Shown here: piece after piece, positions 41,678 to 41,752 of the stretch
Position numbering within the stretch: the stretch's first letter is position 1
How the letters are laid out: the number at the start of each line of letters is the position of its first letter
DNA from: Trichomonas gallinae
Taxonomy: Eukaryota
DNA length: 41,752 bases
Reading direction: 5' to 3'
NCBI GenBank assembly: GCA_008369845.1
Contig: MRSU01009705.1
Location: 1 to 41,752 of the forward strand
The notes under the pieces: generated by a model
Databases searched by the model: none
What the model was told of the DNA's origin: nothing
What the model saw: the letters and a program-made list of their open reading frames with translations, nothing else
Position numbers and translations under genes: made by a program

Positions 41678-41752
41678 GAGTGGCAAGAAAAAAGGGCAGA
41701 CGCCGGAAAAAAGGGCAGACAAAAATCACCTTAAATCTTTAATTGATAAAAT
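41678..41752 (+). mobile_element. Probable left terminus (TIR) of a Mutator-like DNA transposon extending beyond the window
   Basis: An abrupt GC-richer stretch, GAGTGGCAAGAAAAAAGGGCAGACGCCGGAAAAAAGGGCAGAC, contains a perfect 15-bp direct repeat (41687-41701, 41706-41720). A GAG start with internal tandem motifs fits MULE termini. The partner TIR is not visible. Confidence 0.55.

Overview
AT-rich (~30% GC), apparently intron-less eukaryotic DNA. Gene content and TCA-Y-W/CCTTT motifs just upstream of start codons point to a trichomonad parabasalid such as Trichomonas; this is an inference. Intact genes: an AT-hook-containing hypothetical protein, a GP63/leishmanolysin-like metalloprotease, Arp2/3 subunit ARPC1, an LRR protein with possible Tudor- and chromo-like modules, an LZTFL1 homolog, a 2820-aa MGxxxS-starting HECT E3 ligase, a UBA(/UBL) protein, a compact Listerin/LTN1 RING E3, a flavodoxin-fold oxidoreductase, a CARMIL-like PH-LRR protein and a Cys-rich GGxI surface-type protein. 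Five pseudogenes are only partly shown by the ORF track: two BspA-like genes lacking their ATG, two head-to-head AIG1-like GTPases and one Cys-rich surface-gene relic. Non-coding structure includes a 28-bp minisatellite at the left edge, a double hairpin with a Helitron-like 3' end at 25.5-25.65 kb, a repeat-rich block replacing a BspA 5' end, and a probable Mutator-type transposon terminus at the right edge. No rRNA, tRNA or CRISPR was found. I cannot establish a new biological system from sequence alone. The best leads are a shared Cys+hydrophobic C-terminal tail on unrelated surface proteins, a three-gene ubiquitin cluster, the hairpin element and the LRR-Tudor-chromo-like protein.
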